Origin: Tubulanus polymorphus
Lineage: Eukaryota; Animalia; Nemertea
Direction: 5' to 3'
NCBI RefSeq assembly: GCF_964204645.1
Contig: NC_134026.1
Coordinates: 10,005,950-10,069,949, forward strand
Length of the DNA stretch: 64,000 nt
In this document: positions 62,752 to 64,000 of the stretch, piece by piece
Numbering within the stretch: position 1 is the stretch's first letter
How the letters are laid out: each line of letters begins with the position of its first letter
Program-made: the position numbers and the translations under genes
The notes under the pieces: generated by a model
Seen by the model: only the letters and a program-made list of their open reading frames with translations
Told to the model about the DNA's origin: nothing
The model's database searches: none

Positions 62752-63076
62752 TTTACGACTTGTTGCGTTTATATGTAAAAGAAAACTGGTAGAGATAATC
62801 ACATTTTTTTTCTTATTTGGCCTGAATTAGGTACAATTAAGATCGAAGGAGTTCGTTTAAAATATTTAAAAAATAGTTAAACCAAAGTTGCATAGTATAA
62901 CAAACGTTTATTTCATACGCATCATGTTCGTATATAGCATCGAGATACATGAATATAGATAATTGTACGAAAACCGCTATAATAATCATATGTTGAAATT
63001 TGCAAGAGAAAAAGGAAAATAAGCAACAAATGGAATCTCACACCGCCAAAACGTACCGATTTGCGGATATGGTTGC

Positions 63077-63077
<1 letters not shown>

Positions 63078-63105
<28 letters not shown>
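63078..63105. repeat. (TA)n microsatellite
   Basis: ~14 consecutive TA units. Confidence 0.95.
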
Positions 63106-63107
<2 letters not shown>

Positions 63108-63370
63108 AAGTTTGATGAAATGATTAGCTTTAGTATAATGTAATTTCCATTACAAAATGAAATGTAAATATGTAATACAAATTGAAAATAATGTATACAT
63201 AATATTATCATTATTGTGTTACTTGAACGTAGGCAGGCTATGAGGAACAGTTAGAAGGAGAACACATTCCATAAAATATTTCATATGCTATCGTCATAAA
63301 AATGTATCTACATGTATTATCTATTTTCTATACGGAAATTATAGAATGTCTGCAAGCATTAGACTTTTTA

Positions 63371-64000
63371 TTAAGGAATGTATCCGAGGCTTTCGTTCAG
63401 TTTACTAAACGGGATCACGTGATCATCAGACGGCAAACTGTGCGGTCTAGGATTTAGTACAGCCGGTAGTGACGACGATCTGATGTGTACGCCAACGTCG
63501 CCGTAATCCGGGGCCATCTCTGGATTCTTCACGAGATCATACGCGGAGACAGGTGACCCGAAATCATAATCCTGCTGAATAGATCTAGCAAATGCTCGTT
63601 GGTTAGTGAACCTATCTCCGCTGACCGACGCACGTTTGGTTGAAGTACCAAATTCATTGTCTCTTAAGACAAATTCTTTTTGTACCGCGTTATCGATAGT
63701 CGTGTCCATAAATTGCTTCGATAGTCGCCTGTTATCTTCTTGACCGGACGCAGTCCTATTGTAGGAAAACCAATATTCTTCGAAGTTGTCGTAATCAGGA
63801 GGTGGTGTCTCGGGAGGAACTGATCCGGCGGGAGCGGACATCGGTCTTTGTCTAACAGGGGACGACGATTTGCTCCTCTTTCTGTGAGTCTTCGACGACC
63901 TTCTCGAATGACTTGGTGACGGCGACCGATGTCGATGACGTTCCAATGAACGTCGTCGATTTGAGGAGGTCTTCTTTTTCGATTTTCGGTACATCGATTC
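63371..64000 (-). CDS. 3' part of a protein with an Arg/Ser-rich tract, PPPDY motif and C-terminal LNESLGYIP; probable paralogue of the 55.2-56.9 kb gene, likely continuing beyond the window
   Basis: Frame is open to the window edge; ends in the same SLGY(L/I)P* motif on the same strand. Confidence 0.7.
   Translation of the reverse strand, partial: ESMYRKSKKKTSSNRRRSLERHRHRSPSPSHSRRSSKTHRKRSKSSSPVRQRPMSAPAGSVPPETPPPDYDNFEEYWFSYNRTASGQEDNRRLSKQFMDTTIDNAVQKEFVLRDNEFGTSTKRASVSGDRFTNQRAFARSIQQDYDFGSPVSAYDLVKNPEMAPDYGDVGVHIRSSSLPAVLNPRPHSLPSDDHVIPFSKLNESLGYIP

Overview
Repeat-rich, intron-containing metazoan DNA (~36% GC by eye; gene and TE content suggests a lophotrochozoan invertebrate, inferred). 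Host genes: a divergent intronless class A GPCR (4.9-5.9 kb); a spliced gene joining a PAN/apple-like domain to an unnamed Trp/Cys-containing domain (11.9-15.8 kb, minus); two tandem 12-exon SCPEP1/RISC-like S10 serine carboxypeptidase genes (25.4-31.9 and 41.5-48.8 kb, minus), reconstructed exon by exon; and two minus-strand ORFs both ending in SLGY(L/I)P* (55.2-56.9 kb, with a PTB-like N-terminus, and 63.4-64 kb, partial). The rest is mostly mobile DNA: a near full-length disrupted LINE and several LINE relics, Penelope-like fragments with a hammerhead ribozyme, a 2.57-kb foldback mini-Polinton with a 6-bp TSD inserted in a LINE, nested PIF/Harbinger-type MITEs, a Helitron tandem, a Helentron-like element carrying a ~152-bp satellite, and Academ, BEL/Pao and pogo-type relics. 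Most notable: (1) both carboxypeptidase paralogues keep the Ser-Asp-His triad but have replaced the residues that bind the substrate C-terminal carboxylate (WLS-GGPG, FLQIGP, GSSYSG), echoing plant SCPL acyltransferases; (2) the snap-back mini-Polinton; (3) the PTB-like/SLGYxP gene pair. All family calls are by motif recognition only; no searches were run.
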